Below, piece by piece: positions 1 to 9,104 of a stretch of DNA of 64,000 nt. The notes beneath the pieces were generated by a model that was given only the letters and a program-made list of their open reading frames with translations, made no database searches and was not told the origin of the DNA. Both the position numbers and the translations under genes were made by a program. The stretch spans positions 387,074 to 451,073 of the forward strand of contig CAWCVO010000003.1 in NCBI GenBank assembly GCA_963798955.1, read 5' to 3'. How positions within the stretch are numbered: position 1 is the stretch's first letter; each line of letters begins with the position of its first letter. This DNA is from an uncultured Chloroflexia bacterium. Its GTDB lineage: Bacteria; Chloroflexota; Limnocylindria; Limnocylindrales; CSP1-4.

Positions 1-1509
1 TCATCGCGGATCCTCCTCGAGGCGGTCGACGGCGGCCTTGAAGGCCCGTCCCCGATCGGCATAGTCGACGAACATGTCGAAACTGGTGGCCGCCGGGCTG
101 AGCAGGACCGTGGCCGAGCCGGCGGCGCCGGCCAGCTCGCGGGCCAGGGCGCGTGCCCGTCTGACGGCATCGTCCATGTCGGCGGCGCGCTCGACGTGGC
201 CGGCGCCGGCAGCCGTGAAAAGGCGCGCGTAATCGGCCGCCGTCTCGCCCATCAGGACCACTGCCGCGGCGTGGCGCGCAACTTCGGCGGACAGTTCGGT
301 CAGGTCGAGATTCTTGGTCTGGCCGCCGGCGATCAGCACGATCGGCGGCACGAAGCTGCGCAGGGCGGCGATCACGGCGTCGGGCTGCGTGCCCATCGAA
401 TCGTTGACGAAGGTGATGCCGCCGATGGTCGCCACCGGCTCGAGGCGGTGCTCGACGCCACTGAAGCCAGCCACGGCCGTGCGGATGGCCTCCGGCGCGA
501 CACCGAACAGCAGGCCGACCGCGACGGCGGCGAGTACGTTGCTCACGTTGTGCTCGCCGAGTAGCGGGATCTCGTCGACGGGCAGCAGCCGGCCGGCCGG
601 TCCCGTCGCGGCGCTACCGCCGCCCACGGCCGCGAGCCGCTCGACGCTCTCGGCGACCAGCCAGCCGTCGCGCACGCCGAGACCGCCCTCGTCGGGCTCG
701 CCGCGGCGATAGCGCACCACCGCGGCGGCGCTCGCGCCGGCGAACTCGGCACTCACGGGATCCTCGGCATTGAGCACCAACCGGCCAGCGCCGGGCAACA
801 GTTCGGCGAGGCGGCGCTTGACGGCGCGGTACGCCGCCAACGTGCCGTGTCGGTCGAGATGGTCGCTGGTGACGTGCGTGTAGACCGCCACCAGCGTCCC
901 GCGCGATAGCGTCGGCAGCTGCAGCTCCGACAGCTCGAGGACGACGCGGTCCGAGCCGGTCAGCTCCGGCAACCGCTCGACGAGCGGTACGCCGATGTTC
1001 CCGCCGAGCAGCACCGGTGCTTCGTCCGCGGCCAGCACGGCCGCCGTCAGCGAGCTGGTGGTGGTCTTGCCCTTGGTCCCCGTCACGCCCACCGTGAGCG
1101 CCGGGCACAGGCGCAGGAAGAGGTCGATTTCGCTGACCACCGGCACGTTGCCCGCGGCCTCGATGCGGGCCAGCGCCGTCCGGAGGCGCGGCTCGGTGGT
1201 CGGGAAGTGGCTGCTGATCGAGGGCGACGTACAGATCATGGACTGGCCCGCGAGGGCGGCCGCCGGATCGACCTCGGGCCCCAGCAACAAGCGCACCGGC
1301 CGCCGGCCAAGAGCCTTGATCTGCGCGCCCAGTTCGGCCGTCGAGCGGGCATCGTAGGCGGTCACCCGGGCGCCACGGTCGGCCAGGAAGCGGCACAGCG
1401 CGACGCCGCTGCGCGCCAGGCCGAGCACCACCACCGGTCGATCGCGGAACGAGTCAAGGTCAAGGCGCTCGAGCGCTATCGGCGGCGGTTGGCTGGCCAC
1501 CGTGCTCAC
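1..1509 (-). CDS. murD: UDP-N-acetylmuramoyl-L-alanine--D-glutamate ligase (MurD)
   Basis: Stop at 1-3. GTG start at 1507-1509 overlaps the mraY stop (GTGA). Translation has the Rossmann N-terminus VVVLGLARSG, Mur-ligase P-loop GVTGTKGKTTT and C-terminal LLSPAATSFDMFVDYADRG typical of MurD. The 836-aa track ORF 1..2511 is this frame reading on through mraY. Confidence 0.9.
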   Translation of the reverse strand: MSTVASQPPPIALERLDLDSFRDRPVVVLGLARSGVALCRFLADRGARVTAYDARSTAELGAQIKALGRRPVRLLLGPEVDPAAALAGQSMICTSPSISSHFPTTEPRLRTALARIEAAGNVPVVSEIDLFLRLCPALTVGVTGTKGKTTTSSLTAAVLAADEAPVLLGGNIGVPLVERLPELTGSDRVVLELSELQLPTLSRGTLVAVYTHVTSDHLDRHGTLAAYRAVKRRLAELLPGAGRLVLNAEDPVSAEFAGASAAAVVRYRRGEPDEGGLGVRDGWLVAESVERLAAVGGGSAATGPAGRLLPVDEIPLLGEHNVSNVLAAVAVGLLFGVAPEAIRTAVAGFSGVEHRLEPVATIGGITFVNDSMGTQPDAVIAALRSFVPPIVLIAGGQTKNLDLTELSAEVARHAAAVVLMGETAADYARLFTAAGAGHVERAADMDDAVRRARALARELAGAAGSATVLLSPAATSFDMFVDYADRGRAFKAAVDRLEEDPR

Positions 1510-2498
1510 CGGACCGGCACGAACGTCGAGAAGAAGAAGATCACCCCGAGCATCGCCGCCAGCACGCCGACGATCCAGAAGCGCATGGTGATCTTCTCCT
1601 CGTCCCAGCCGGCGAGTTCGAAGTGGTGATGCAGCGGGGCCATGCGGAAGATCCGCCGGCCGGTCAGCTTGAAGCTGGCGATCTGCAGGATGTCCGAGCC
1701 GACCTGCAGCACGAAGATGATGCCGATCAGCGGCAGCAACAGGATCTGCCCGGTTATCAGGCCGACCACCGCCAGCGTGGCGCCCATCGCCAGCGCGCCC
1801 GAGTCGCCCATGAACACCTGCGCCGGGTGGACGTTGAACCACAGGAAGCCGAGCAGCGCGCCGATGATCAGCGCGCACAGGACGGCAAGGTTCTGCTGCC
1901 CGCCGAGCAGGGCGATGATCAGGTAGGCGACGAACGCGAAGATGAGCGTGCCGCCGGCCAGCCCATCGAGGCCGTCGGTGAAGTTGACACCGTTGGTCGT
2001 GGCCACGATGGCAAAGGCCGCGAACAATATGTACGCCCATGGCTGCACGAAGACGTCGCCCACGAACGGCACGGTCAGTGTCTGGACGTCGTAGGTGCGC
2101 TGGATCTGGAAGGCGATGGCGCCCGACACCACGATCTGCCAGAGCAGCTTCTGGCGGATGCGGATGCCCTCCCCGGTGGTCGAGTTGAGGTAGTCGTCGG
2201 CGAGGCCCAGGCCGCCCACCACGAGCAGCGTGAGCAGTGGCGCGATGGTCTGCGGGCCGAGGAATTCGTCCTGGCCGACGACGTGGAAGAGGACTGCCGA
2301 GACGCCGACGACGGCGATCATCAGCACGCCACCCATCGACGGCGTGCCTTCCTTGATGAGGTGCGAGGCAGGGCCCTCCATGCGGATGCGCTTGCCGAAG
2401 CCGAGCCGGCGCAGCAGCAGGATGAAGGGCGGCATCAGGATGACCACCAGCGCGAAGGTGAGCAGGATCGCCTGTACCAGCGACGCGGCGGCGTTCAT
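1506..2498 (-). CDS. mraY: phospho-N-acetylmuramoyl-pentapeptide transferase (MraY)
   Basis: 330-aa polytopic membrane protein. It carries the MraY-type motifs GTPSMGG, DDYLN, NGVNFTDGLDGLA and MGDSGALAMG. It sits between murF and murD with 4-nt overlaps at both ends. Confidence 0.95.
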   Translation of the reverse strand: MNAAASLVQAILLTFALVVILMPPFILLLRRLGFGKRIRMEGPASHLIKEGTPSMGGVLMIAVVGVSAVLFHVVGQDEFLGPQTIAPLLTLLVVGGLGLADDYLNSTTGEGIRIRQKLLWQIVVSGAIAFQIQRTYDVQTLTVPFVGDVFVQPWAYILFAAFAIVATTNGVNFTDGLDGLAGGTLIFAFVAYLIIALLGGQQNLAVLCALIIGALLGFLWFNVHPAQVFMGDSGALAMGATLAVVGLITGQILLLPLIGIIFVLQVGSDILQIASFKLTGRRIFRMAPLHHHFELAGWDEEKITMRFWIVGVLAAMLGVIFFFSTFVPVR

Positions 2499-3931
2499 GA
2501 CAACAACTCATCGACCAGACGATCCAGCTCCGCCGCGCGCGACGCCTTGAGCAGCACCACGTCGCCCGGGCGGATCAGCTCGCGCAGCACGGCCAGGGCG
2601 GCGTCGCGGTCGGCGGCCGCGTGGACCGACTTCGCCGGCATGCCCGCAGCGCGCGCCGCGGCAGCGTAAGCCTCGGCCTGGGGCCCGACGCCCACGAGCA
2701 CGTCTGCCGTCTGTGCCACGTACGCCCCGACGCGCTCGTGGGCAGCCGCGCTCGCGTCGCCCAGCTCGAGCATCTCGCCGAGCACCGCGATGCGCCGGCC
2801 GTCCAGGCCGGCGAGCATGTCGAGGGCGGCCACCATCGAGTCGGGCGCCGCGTTGTACGTGTCGTCGAGCAGGCGCCAGTCGCCGGCCTGGATCAGCCGC
2901 GAGCGATGCGGCGCGTGCCACGGCCGGGCGAGCCCGCGCACGATGACCGGCAGCTCGAGCCCGGCGGCGATGCCCACCGCGGCTGCCGCGAGTGCGTTGT
3001 GCACGCTGTGCCGGCCGAGGCCGCGGATCGCCACCTCGCGCCGCCCGGCCGGCGTGCCGAGCGTGAAACGCATCCCTCTCTCCGCGGCCAATTCGACGTC
3101 AGTCGCGGTGACGTCGGCCGCCCGATCGAAGCCGTAGGTCAGTACCGACACGCGCGCCGGGGCGTGTCCGGCCATGCGCGCAACGCGCACGTCGTCGGCG
3201 TTGAGGATCGCGGCGCCACCGGCCGGCAGTGCCTCGACGAGCTCACGCTTGCCGCGCTCGATCGCGTCCAGCGACCCGGCGCGCGAGAGATGCGTGTTGC
3301 GCACCGCGGTGACCACGCCGATCGCCGGGCGCGCAATGTCGGCCAGCTCGGCGATGTCACCCGGCGTGTACATGCCCATCTCGAGCACGGCCGCGCGGTG
3401 CTCGGGGGCCAACTGCAACAGGGTGAGTGGCAGGCCGATCTCGTTGTTCTCGTTGCCCTCGTTGCGTAGCACGTTCCAATGCTCCGAGAGCATCTCGGCC
3501 GTCTGCTCCTTGGTCGAGGTCTTGGCCAGCGAGCCGGTGATGCCCACCACGAGGGGTGCGAAGCGGGTTCGCCACGCGGCCGCCGCGCGGCGCAGGGCCA
3601 CTCCTCCATCGTCGACCAGGATCACCGCGCAACGCGAGCCACTGCCCTCGAGCGCGGCCAACTCGGCATCGGACGGCGCACGCGAGACGACCAGCGCCGC
3701 GGCCCCACGGGCGGCCGCCTCGGCCAGGAACAGGTGCCCGTCAGTCCGTTCGCCGGCCAGCGCGAAGAACACGTTGCCCGGCTCGACCCGGCGCGAATCA
3801 ACGGCACCGCCGTGGACGGGCAACGTGCCGGTGCGAATGACCTCGCCGTCGACGGCGTGCGCGAGGTCGCCCACCTCGAACACGAGGCGCGGGTCTGGGC
3901 GCTTCTCAATCAAGGCTGGCCATTCTCGCAT
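2495..3931 (-). CDS. murF: UDP-N-acetylmuramoyl-tripeptide--D-alanyl-D-alanine ligase (MurF)
   Basis: 478 aa. MurF-specific motifs are present: GNENNEIGLPLTLL, DDTYNAAPDSMVAAL, VLGEMLELG, plus Mur-ligase GITGSLAKTSTK. The stop overlaps the mraY start. Confidence 0.9.
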   Translation of the reverse strand: MREWPALIEKRPDPRLVFEVGDLAHAVDGEVIRTGTLPVHGGAVDSRRVEPGNVFFALAGERTDGHLFLAEAAARGAAALVVSRAPSDAELAALEGSGSRCAVILVDDGGVALRRAAAAWRTRFAPLVVGITGSLAKTSTKEQTAEMLSEHWNVLRNEGNENNEIGLPLTLLQLAPEHRAAVLEMGMYTPGDIAELADIARPAIGVVTAVRNTHLSRAGSLDAIERGKRELVEALPAGGAAILNADDVRVARMAGHAPARVSVLTYGFDRAADVTATDVELAAERGMRFTLGTPAGRREVAIRGLGRHSVHNALAAAAVGIAAGLELPVIVRGLARPWHAPHRSRLIQAGDWRLLDDTYNAAPDSMVAALDMLAGLDGRRIAVLGEMLELGDASAAAHERVGAYVAQTADVLVGVGPQAEAYAAAARAAGMPAKSVHAAADRDAALAVLRELIRPGDVVLLKASRAAELDRLVDELLS

Positions 3932-3939
3932 CGGCCGAT

Positions 3940-5778
3940 TTACGGCCCCTGCTGCGCGGCCGTGCCGTGGCCCGCGGGAGCACGGGTCGGCGGCGCCGTG
4001 TCTGCCGGCGAGGGCGGCACATAACCGGGCAGCGGCGGGACGTCGAGCGCGCTGATCGCATCCACCGCGACGTGCCGGAAGAGCTCATTGGACGTCATCT
4101 CGAGGGTCATGCCCCAGCTCTTCTTCACCTGCGGCTCGGTGTCGTGGATGCGCACCAGGATGATCAGCTGCGGGTCGGGGTTGCCGATGAAACCGACGAA
4201 GGTGTGGTTGTACGTGTCGGGCAGCCAGGCGCCCGAGGCGGTATCCCAGATCTGTGCCGTGCCGGTCTTGCCGCCAACCACGTAGCCGTCGATCTTCGTC
4301 TCGACCGCGTAATGCGGACCGGCATCGACCACGTGGATCATCAGCTGGGTCAGCTGCGCCGACAGATCGCTGCTGATGACCTGGTGCGCGTCGGGCAGCG
4401 TCTCGGGCTGCCCATTGACGCTCTCGTAGATGTGCGGATGGGGTAGCCGGCCGCCGTTGACCATCGCGCAATAGGCCGTGGCCAGCTGCAGCGGCGTGAT
4501 CGCCATGCCCTGGCCGAACGAGTGGTTGACCAGGTCGATCGTCTGCCACGGCTGAACAGCCGGGTCGGTCACCAGGCCCGCCACCTCCCCGCCCAGCTCG
4601 ATACCAGTGGGCTGGCCCAGACCGAAGCGTTGCCACATCTTGTACAGCACCGCCGACGCGTCGTTGGTGGTCGGGCCGAGCATCATCGCCACGCGGCCCA
4701 TGCCCACGTTGCGCGAGTGGGCGATGACGTCCTGGAACGGGATCCAGCCCATGCCGGTGAGGTCGCCGTCATGCACCGTGTCCGGGCCGATGTGCAGCGC
4801 CTGGCTGTCGAGGATCGGCGTGTTCATGTTGACCACGCCCTCCTCGAGTGCCGCCGCCGACGTGAACATCTTCATCACCGAGCCCGGCTCGTACACCTGG
4901 CTGATGATCGGGTCGTCGAACAGTTCCGGATCGCTCTGGGCGACCCCGGTGTAGCTGTTCTCGTCGTAGCCGGGCACCGAGCCGTAGGCCAGGATCGCGC
5001 CTGTGTATGGGTTCATAACGAGTCCCGACACACGTGGCGCGCCGTCCGCGACCATCGCCGCGTAGAGCTCCTTCTCAAGCGCGAGCTGCAGCCCGGAGTC
5101 GATGGTCAGTTGCACGGCGCCGCCCGTCTGGGGCAGCGCCGCGACGCCCGACACGTCGGCCGTCGGCCCGCCGCCCGCGAGCACCGGCTGCGCGGCTTCC
5201 TCGACGCCGTAGCGGCCCTGCCCGTCGTCGGTCACAAAGCCGAGCAGCTGGCTGGCCAGCGTTGTTCCCGGGACGCCACCGCTGTTGGGGTAGAAACGAA
5301 CCGGCTGCGGTTCGAGACCCAGCGCGGCCAGCGAGCCATCGGCCAGGCCGGAGCGGATCTTCTGGCTCTCTGCGTCGGTCAGCTCGCGCGCGACCACCAG
5401 GTAGGACGGAGTCGGCGCCGCGGTGAAGTTGGCCACCAGGTCGGCTGTCTGCTGATCGTCGAAGGAGAGGATCGCGGCCACCTGGCGGGCCATGTCCGCG
5501 CGTACGCCGTCGTCGGGCAGCGTGTCCGGGTACGCGGCGAGCAGGTCGCGATAGGCCGTCGTCGCGAGCACGTTGCCGCTGCGGTCGAGGATCTGGCCGC
5601 GCTGGACCTGTTGGTCGGTGATCGTCGTCGAGGCCAGCTGCGCATCAGCCTGGCGGCGCAGCTGGTCGGCCTGGCCGAGCTGCCAGTAGGCCAGCCGCAG
5701 CACGAGTGTGGATGCGACAAGGACAAAGGCGCTCAGCAGCAGGAGCAGGCGCAGCCGACCTTCCGCCCGACCGAACAT
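3940..5778 (-). CDS. ftsI: class B penicillin-binding protein / peptidoglycan D,D-transpeptidase (FtsI-like)
   Basis: 612 aa with an N-terminal TM anchor (LLLLLSAFVLVASTLVL). Transpeptidase triad motifs are SVMK (SxxK), HSRN (SxN) and KTGT. Its position after ftsL is the dcw-cluster position. Confidence 0.9.
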   Translation of the reverse strand: MFGRAEGRLRLLLLLSAFVLVASTLVLRLAYWQLGQADQLRRQADAQLASTTITDQQVQRGQILDRSGNVLATTAYRDLLAAYPDTLPDDGVRADMARQVAAILSFDDQQTADLVANFTAAPTPSYLVVARELTDAESQKIRSGLADGSLAALGLEPQPVRFYPNSGGVPGTTLASQLLGFVTDDGQGRYGVEEAAQPVLAGGGPTADVSGVAALPQTGGAVQLTIDSGLQLALEKELYAAMVADGAPRVSGLVMNPYTGAILAYGSVPGYDENSYTGVAQSDPELFDDPIISQVYEPGSVMKMFTSAAALEEGVVNMNTPILDSQALHIGPDTVHDGDLTGMGWIPFQDVIAHSRNVGMGRVAMMLGPTTNDASAVLYKMWQRFGLGQPTGIELGGEVAGLVTDPAVQPWQTIDLVNHSFGQGMAITPLQLATAYCAMVNGGRLPHPHIYESVNGQPETLPDAHQVISSDLSAQLTQLMIHVVDAGPHYAVETKIDGYVVGGKTGTAQIWDTASGAWLPDTYNHTFVGFIGNPDPQLIILVRIHDTEPQVKKSWGMTLEMTSNELFRHVAVDAISALDVPPLPGYVPPSPADTAPPTRAPAGHGTAAQQGP

Positions 5779-5781
5779 CGG

Positions 5782-6237
5782 TCAGCGGACCGGCAACCGG
5801 ACCCTGGTGGCCAGTTGATCGAGGCCGGAACTCTGCGCGCGATCTAGCACGCTGGCCTCGGTGCCCCACGGCAGGACGCTCGACTCGAGGGTCTGCGCCT
5901 GCCGATAGAGGTCGTCGCGCTGGGCCACAAGCTGGTCGATGGCGTAGTTGGTCGCCGCAAGCTGGATCGTCTGCGCGAGATAGATCAGGCCGACCAGCAT
6001 GATCAGCAGGACCGCCGCCAGCACGATCGCGACCGGGTTCGCCCGCCGTCCCGCACGTGTCGGGCTCGACAGCCGTCGCCGTGGCATTGCGGTCACGGCA
6101 AAGCGCGTCGGTGGCACGGCCGCCGGCCGGTTAAGAGGGGCAGGGCGCGCGCCCGCCGACCGCCGGTCCGTGCGCCGCACGGGAGCCGGCGATCGTCCCA
6201 CGCCAGGTAACGGGCGCGCGCCGCCGATGACCGTCAT
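5782..6237 (-). CDS. FtsL-like cell-division membrane protein (start uncertain)
   Basis: C-terminal 100 aa = basic tail + single TM (VAIVLAAVLLIMLVGLIYLA) + coiled-coil-like segment (QLAATNYAIDQLVAQRDDLYRQAQTLE), the FtsL architecture and position. The ATG at 6235-6237 overlaps the stop of the upstream small ORF (ATGA). Alternative ATG at 6085-6087. Confidence 0.6.
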   Translation of the reverse strand: MTVIGGARPLPGVGRSPAPVRRTDRRSAGARPAPLNRPAAVPPTRFAVTAMPRRRLSSPTRAGRRANPVAIVLAAVLLIMLVGLIYLAQTIQLAATNYAIDQLVAQRDDLYRQAQTLESSVLPWGTEASVLDRAQSSGLDQLATRVRLPVR

Positions 6238-6422
6238 CTGGACTGGCCGCCCAGCCGGCCGTCCAGCCGACGATCTTCGACATCGAGGTTGATCAAGCCC
6301 CAATCGAGAGATTCTTCGTTCAGCCGCCACCCTTGCCCGTCGGCCTCCGGCCGGCGCTCGCGGACCTCGTGCTGTCGGCGCGCGTAGTGGCGCCGGCGCT
6401 GGCCCTGGTGACGCTGCGTCAT
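6234..6422 (-). CDS. hypothetical small protein (62 aa), basic N-terminal half and acidic C-terminal half
   Basis: The ATG at 6420-6422 is preceded by GAGGAGGAGG 2 nt upstream and lies 20 nt after the rsmH stop. The stop is coupled (ATGA) to the FtsL-like gene. Third codon positions are mostly G/C. No recognisable family. Confidence 0.35.
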   Translation of the reverse strand: MTQRHQGQRRRHYARRQHEVRERRPEADGQGWRLNEESLDWGLINLDVEDRRLDGRLGGQSR

Positions 6423-6442
6423 GTCCTCCTCCTCGTCCCGAG

Positions 6443-7444
6443 CTAGGCCGCCAGCCGCCGCGCCGCGCGCAGCAGCGCACTCCGCGAACGGGGATTGACG
6501 GCAACTTCGTGCGCCTGCGGTCGCCGCGGTTGCGGACCCACCGGCGCCAGCCGCGGTGAGCGGCCGCACACGCATACCGGCACTTCCGGCGGGCAGATGC
6601 AGCCCCGCCGCTCGGTGGCGATGAAGCGCTTGACGATGCGGTCCTCGAGGGAGTGGTAGCTGATGACCGCCAGGCGACCGCCCTCACGCAGCGTTTCGAC
6701 CGCTGCCGCAAGCGCGACCGGCAGCGTCTCGAGCTCCCGATTCACGGCAATGCGCAGCGCCTGGAAGACGCGCGTGGCGGGGTGGACCCGCCGTCGACCG
6801 CGAGGAGTAACGGGAGCGACGGCGGCCACCACCTCGGCAAGTTGTCGACCGGTGTTGATCGGTTGTTGCTGGCGGCGCGCGACGATCTCGCGCGCGATCC
6901 GGCGGGCGCGCGGCTCTTCACCGAAGCGGCGGAAGATGTCCGCCAGCCGGGCTTCGTCAAGTTCGTTGACGAGATCCCGGGCGGGCACCCCACGCGCGGT
7001 GTCGAAGCGCATGTCGAGCGGACCGTCGGCGTTGAAGCTGAAGGAGCGCGCGGCGTCCGCCAGCTGGTTCGAGCTGAGCCCCAGATCGAACAGGACGCCG
7101 TCTGCCGGCGCGAAACCGGTCTCGCCCGCCACCTCACCGAGTTGTTCGAAGTTCGCCTGGCGCAGCGTGACGCGATCGCCGAATTCGGCCAACCGCGTGC
7201 GCGTCCTGGCGATGGCCGCCTGGTCGGCGTCGATCCCGAGCAGGCGGCCATCAGGTTGATTGGCCTCCAGGATCCGCAGGGCGTGCCCACCGCCACCGAC
7301 CGTCGTGTCTATCTGGAGGCTGCCGGAGATAGGTGAGAGGCATTCAAGTACCTCTTGCACCATCACCGGCACGTGCCCTTCCTCCAACTGCACGTCCGCC
7401 GATTGCGATCCCCGCGGATCCTGAAGGCTCATTTGGTGGGGCAT
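6443..7444 (-). CDS. rsmH: 16S rRNA (cytosine1402-N4)-methyltransferase RsmH/MraW
   Basis: 333 aa. HVPVMVQEVLECL start, DTTVGGGGHA SAM motif, DLGLSSNQL, SYHSLEDRIVKRF: the canonical RsmH signature. It follows mraZ. Confidence 0.95.
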   Translation of the reverse strand: MPHQMSLQDPRGSQSADVQLEEGHVPVMVQEVLECLSPISGSLQIDTTVGGGGHALRILEANQPDGRLLGIDADQAAIARTRTRLAEFGDRVTLRQANFEQLGEVAGETGFAPADGVLFDLGLSSNQLADAARSFSFNADGPLDMRFDTARGVPARDLVNELDEARLADIFRRFGEEPRARRIAREIVARRQQQPINTGRQLAEVVAAVAPVTPRGRRRVHPATRVFQALRIAVNRELETLPVALAAAVETLREGGRLAVISYHSLEDRIVKRFIATERRGCICPPEVPVCVCGRSPRLAPVGPQPRRPQAHEVAVNPRSRSALLRAARRLAA

Positions 7445-7448
7445 CGTG

Positions 7449-7877
7449 CTAGATGCCCAGGTCGCCGATGCGCGCGGCGAGCACTTCGGGGTTGCTCAGC
7501 TCGGCGCTGTATTCGGCCCACCGATCGGGCGGCCACAGCTCGATGTGCTGGCCGGCCCCGGCCACGATCACGTCCGACCCGAGGTGGGCGAAGTCACGCA
7601 ACGTGGCGGGCAGGACCAGGCGGCCCTGCTTGTCGAGTTCGACCTCGTAGGCGCCCGAGAAGATGAAGCGCGAGAAAGCCCGCGCGCCCGAGTCGGCGAA
7701 GCGCAGGTCGGCGACGCCGTCGGCCAACTTCTGCCACTCGGCGTTGGGGAAGATCGCGACGCAATTGTCGATCCACCGACTGACGTGCGCGCCCTTCTCC
7801 AGATCAGAGCGAAACCTGGCTGGCACGGCTACGCGGCCCTTCGCATCGATCGTGTGGCGGTACTCACCGGTGAACAA
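7449..7877 (-). CDS. mraZ: transcriptional regulator MraZ
   Basis: 142 aa with two DxKGR-type repeats (DAKGRVAVPARFR and DKQGRLVLPATLR). TTG start at 7875-7877 with AGGTG 5 nt upstream. First gene of the dcw cluster. Confidence 0.95.
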   Translation of the reverse strand: MFTGEYRHTIDAKGRVAVPARFRSDLEKGAHVSRWIDNCVAIFPNAEWQKLADGVADLRFADSGARAFSRFIFSGAYEVELDKQGRLVLPATLRDFAHLGSDVIVAGAGQHIELWPPDRWAEYSAELSNPEVLAARIGDLGI

Positions 7878-7984
7878 ACCAACACCTCTGGCCCGGCGTT
7901 GAACGGACGTTCGACTGGGCGTTTGGCTTCACCACCCGCGGCGCGAGTTGGCGCCGGGCCGGCTGACCGTTCCACCCTATCTCC

Positions 7985-8010
7985 CCACTTTGATCCACTT
8001 TGGACCACTT
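7985..8010 (-). promoter_or_regulatory. putative MraZ operator: three direct AAGTGG repeats at exact 10-nt spacing
   Basis: Plus strand shows CCACTT at 7985-7990, 7995-8000 and 8005-8010 (minus strand AAGTGG x3). They lie immediately downstream of the predicted -10 and about 110-130 nt upstream of the mraZ start. MraZ of other bacteria binds 3 direct G-rich hexamer/pentamer repeats with 10-nt periodicity in its own promoter. Confidence 0.6.
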
Positions 8011-8016
8011 CGGCGC

Positions 8017-8044
8017 ATGATACTGGGCTGGGGCTCCACGTCAA
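8017..8044 (-). promoter_or_regulatory. putative sigma-70-type promoter of the dcw cluster (Pmra)
   Basis: Minus strand reads TTGACG (8039-8044), a 16-nt spacer, then TATCAT (8017-8022). The MraZ-box array starts 6 nt downstream. Confidence 0.5.
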
Positions 8045-8064
8045 GGCCCATTTCGACCACAATT

Positions 8065-8092
8065 CCTGGGGATGCCCCGCCTGGGGATGCCC
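8065..8092. repeat. tandem direct repeat CCTGGGGATGCCC x2 (15-nt period)
   Basis: Identical 13-mers at 8065-8077 and 8080-8092, about 20 nt upstream of the predicted -35 of Pmra. Confidence 0.8.
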
Positions 8093-8732
8093 GGCGACCA
8101 CCAAACGGGATGCGGCGTTGCCAGCCGGATTGCCGCGGCGCGTTACATGCGACCGCTGCGCGCCACCTCACGGCAGACAATGCGGTCGCACGTGGCGTCG
8201 GGCGGCAGGAACCGGGTCTCGCTGCACGTCGCAACTGCTCAACCGCCCGGCTGGTGGTCGCGCCCGTGCTGGCGGCGGTCGCTTGTGACGTCCCACGTCA
8301 ACTTCCCACCGTCGTGCCGTGGGGCGCGAGAATCCGGCGTGCTTACGCCTGCTCGTGCATGGCGTGCCAGCGAGGTGCCACGGTGCACCGACCAGCGGCG
8401 CCGCCTAGTACTGAGGTGTGCCTAGGCGCACCGCCGGCGATCGCCTACCCTGCCGGCCATGGCCATCATGGCTCGTGCCATCTCCACCGGGGCGCAACCG
8501 CCGGTTGCCGCCAGTGCGCCGCTGCGCCGCTGCACGTTCAGGCACGTCAAGGCCGAGGCGCGTCCACGAGCCCTGCCCATGTACCAAGCGTCGTGCACGC
8601 ATCCCGAACGCCAGGATCCGCGCGCCCTAGGCGATCTTGACGCCGCGCGGGCGACCTGCCAGGCGTGCACCCTGATCGGCATTTTCCGGCCCGATTCCGA
8701 CTAGGCCTGCGCCGCCGTCCGCGGCGCAAAGA

Positions 8733-9093
8733 CGCCAGCGAGATGGCCTGTAAGCCGAGTTCTGTCCCGATCGCGGTGATCGGGGACGGTCATCCATCTA
8801 CGGCGACGGTTACCCGCCACCTCTAGCGGCCGACCCGAGAGCGGAGCGACGCACTCCCGCCAGGCTCGCGCCTGGACAGCTCTCCTATTTGGCCTTGCTC
8901 CAGGTAGAGCTTGCCCGTTTCACCCGACCCGATCGGTTGCCCGGTCTGTCGGCTCGTCTCTGTGGCGCTGGTCCTCGCCTCTCGGCGGACGGGTGTTACC
9001 CGCTACCTTCGCGTCGTGGAGCTCGGACTTTCCTCGTGTCGGTTGCGGCTCAGAGCCGACGGGACACGCGACCGCCCGACCATCTCGCTGGCC
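8733..9093 (-). ncRNA. rnpB: RNase P RNA, bacterial type A
   Basis: Minus-strand reading contains the universal elements GAGGAAAGTCCGAGCTC (9019-9035), GAGCAAGGCCAAATAGG (8884-8900) and ACAGAACTCGGCTTA (8751-8765) in the canonical order. A 12-bp P1 helix pairs CCAGCGAGATGG (9080-9091) with CCATCTCGCTGG (8735-8746). Length is about 360 nt; ends are +/- a few nt. Confidence 0.9.
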
Positions 9094-9098
9094 ACCCG

Positions 9099-9104
9099 AT
9101 TCTA
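9099..9104 (-). promoter_or_regulatory. -10-like hexamer TAGAAT upstream of rnpB
   Basis: The minus strand TAGAAT ends about 6 nt before the predicted 5' end of the P1 helix. No convincing -35. Confidence 0.35.

Noticed and set aside
1-2511. 836-aa ORF spanning murD and mraY on the minus strand
   Set aside because: Only the C-terminal 502 aa (from GTG 1509) look like MurD. The N-terminal part is Arg/Pro/His-rich out-of-frame read-through of mraY, which has its own convincing frame (1506..2498).
8459-8704. 81-aa Cys-containing ORF in the rnpB-mraZ spacer as a real gene
   Set aside because: It has high GC3 but no Shine-Dalgarno sequence and no recognisable motif. It is kept only as a remark in the non-coding-region finding.
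8708-8726. Intrinsic terminator after rnpB (GCGCCGC-GGACG-GCGGCGC hairpin)
   Set aside because: A 7-bp GC stem is present, but no U-tract follows on the rnpB strand, so it cannot be called a canonical terminator.
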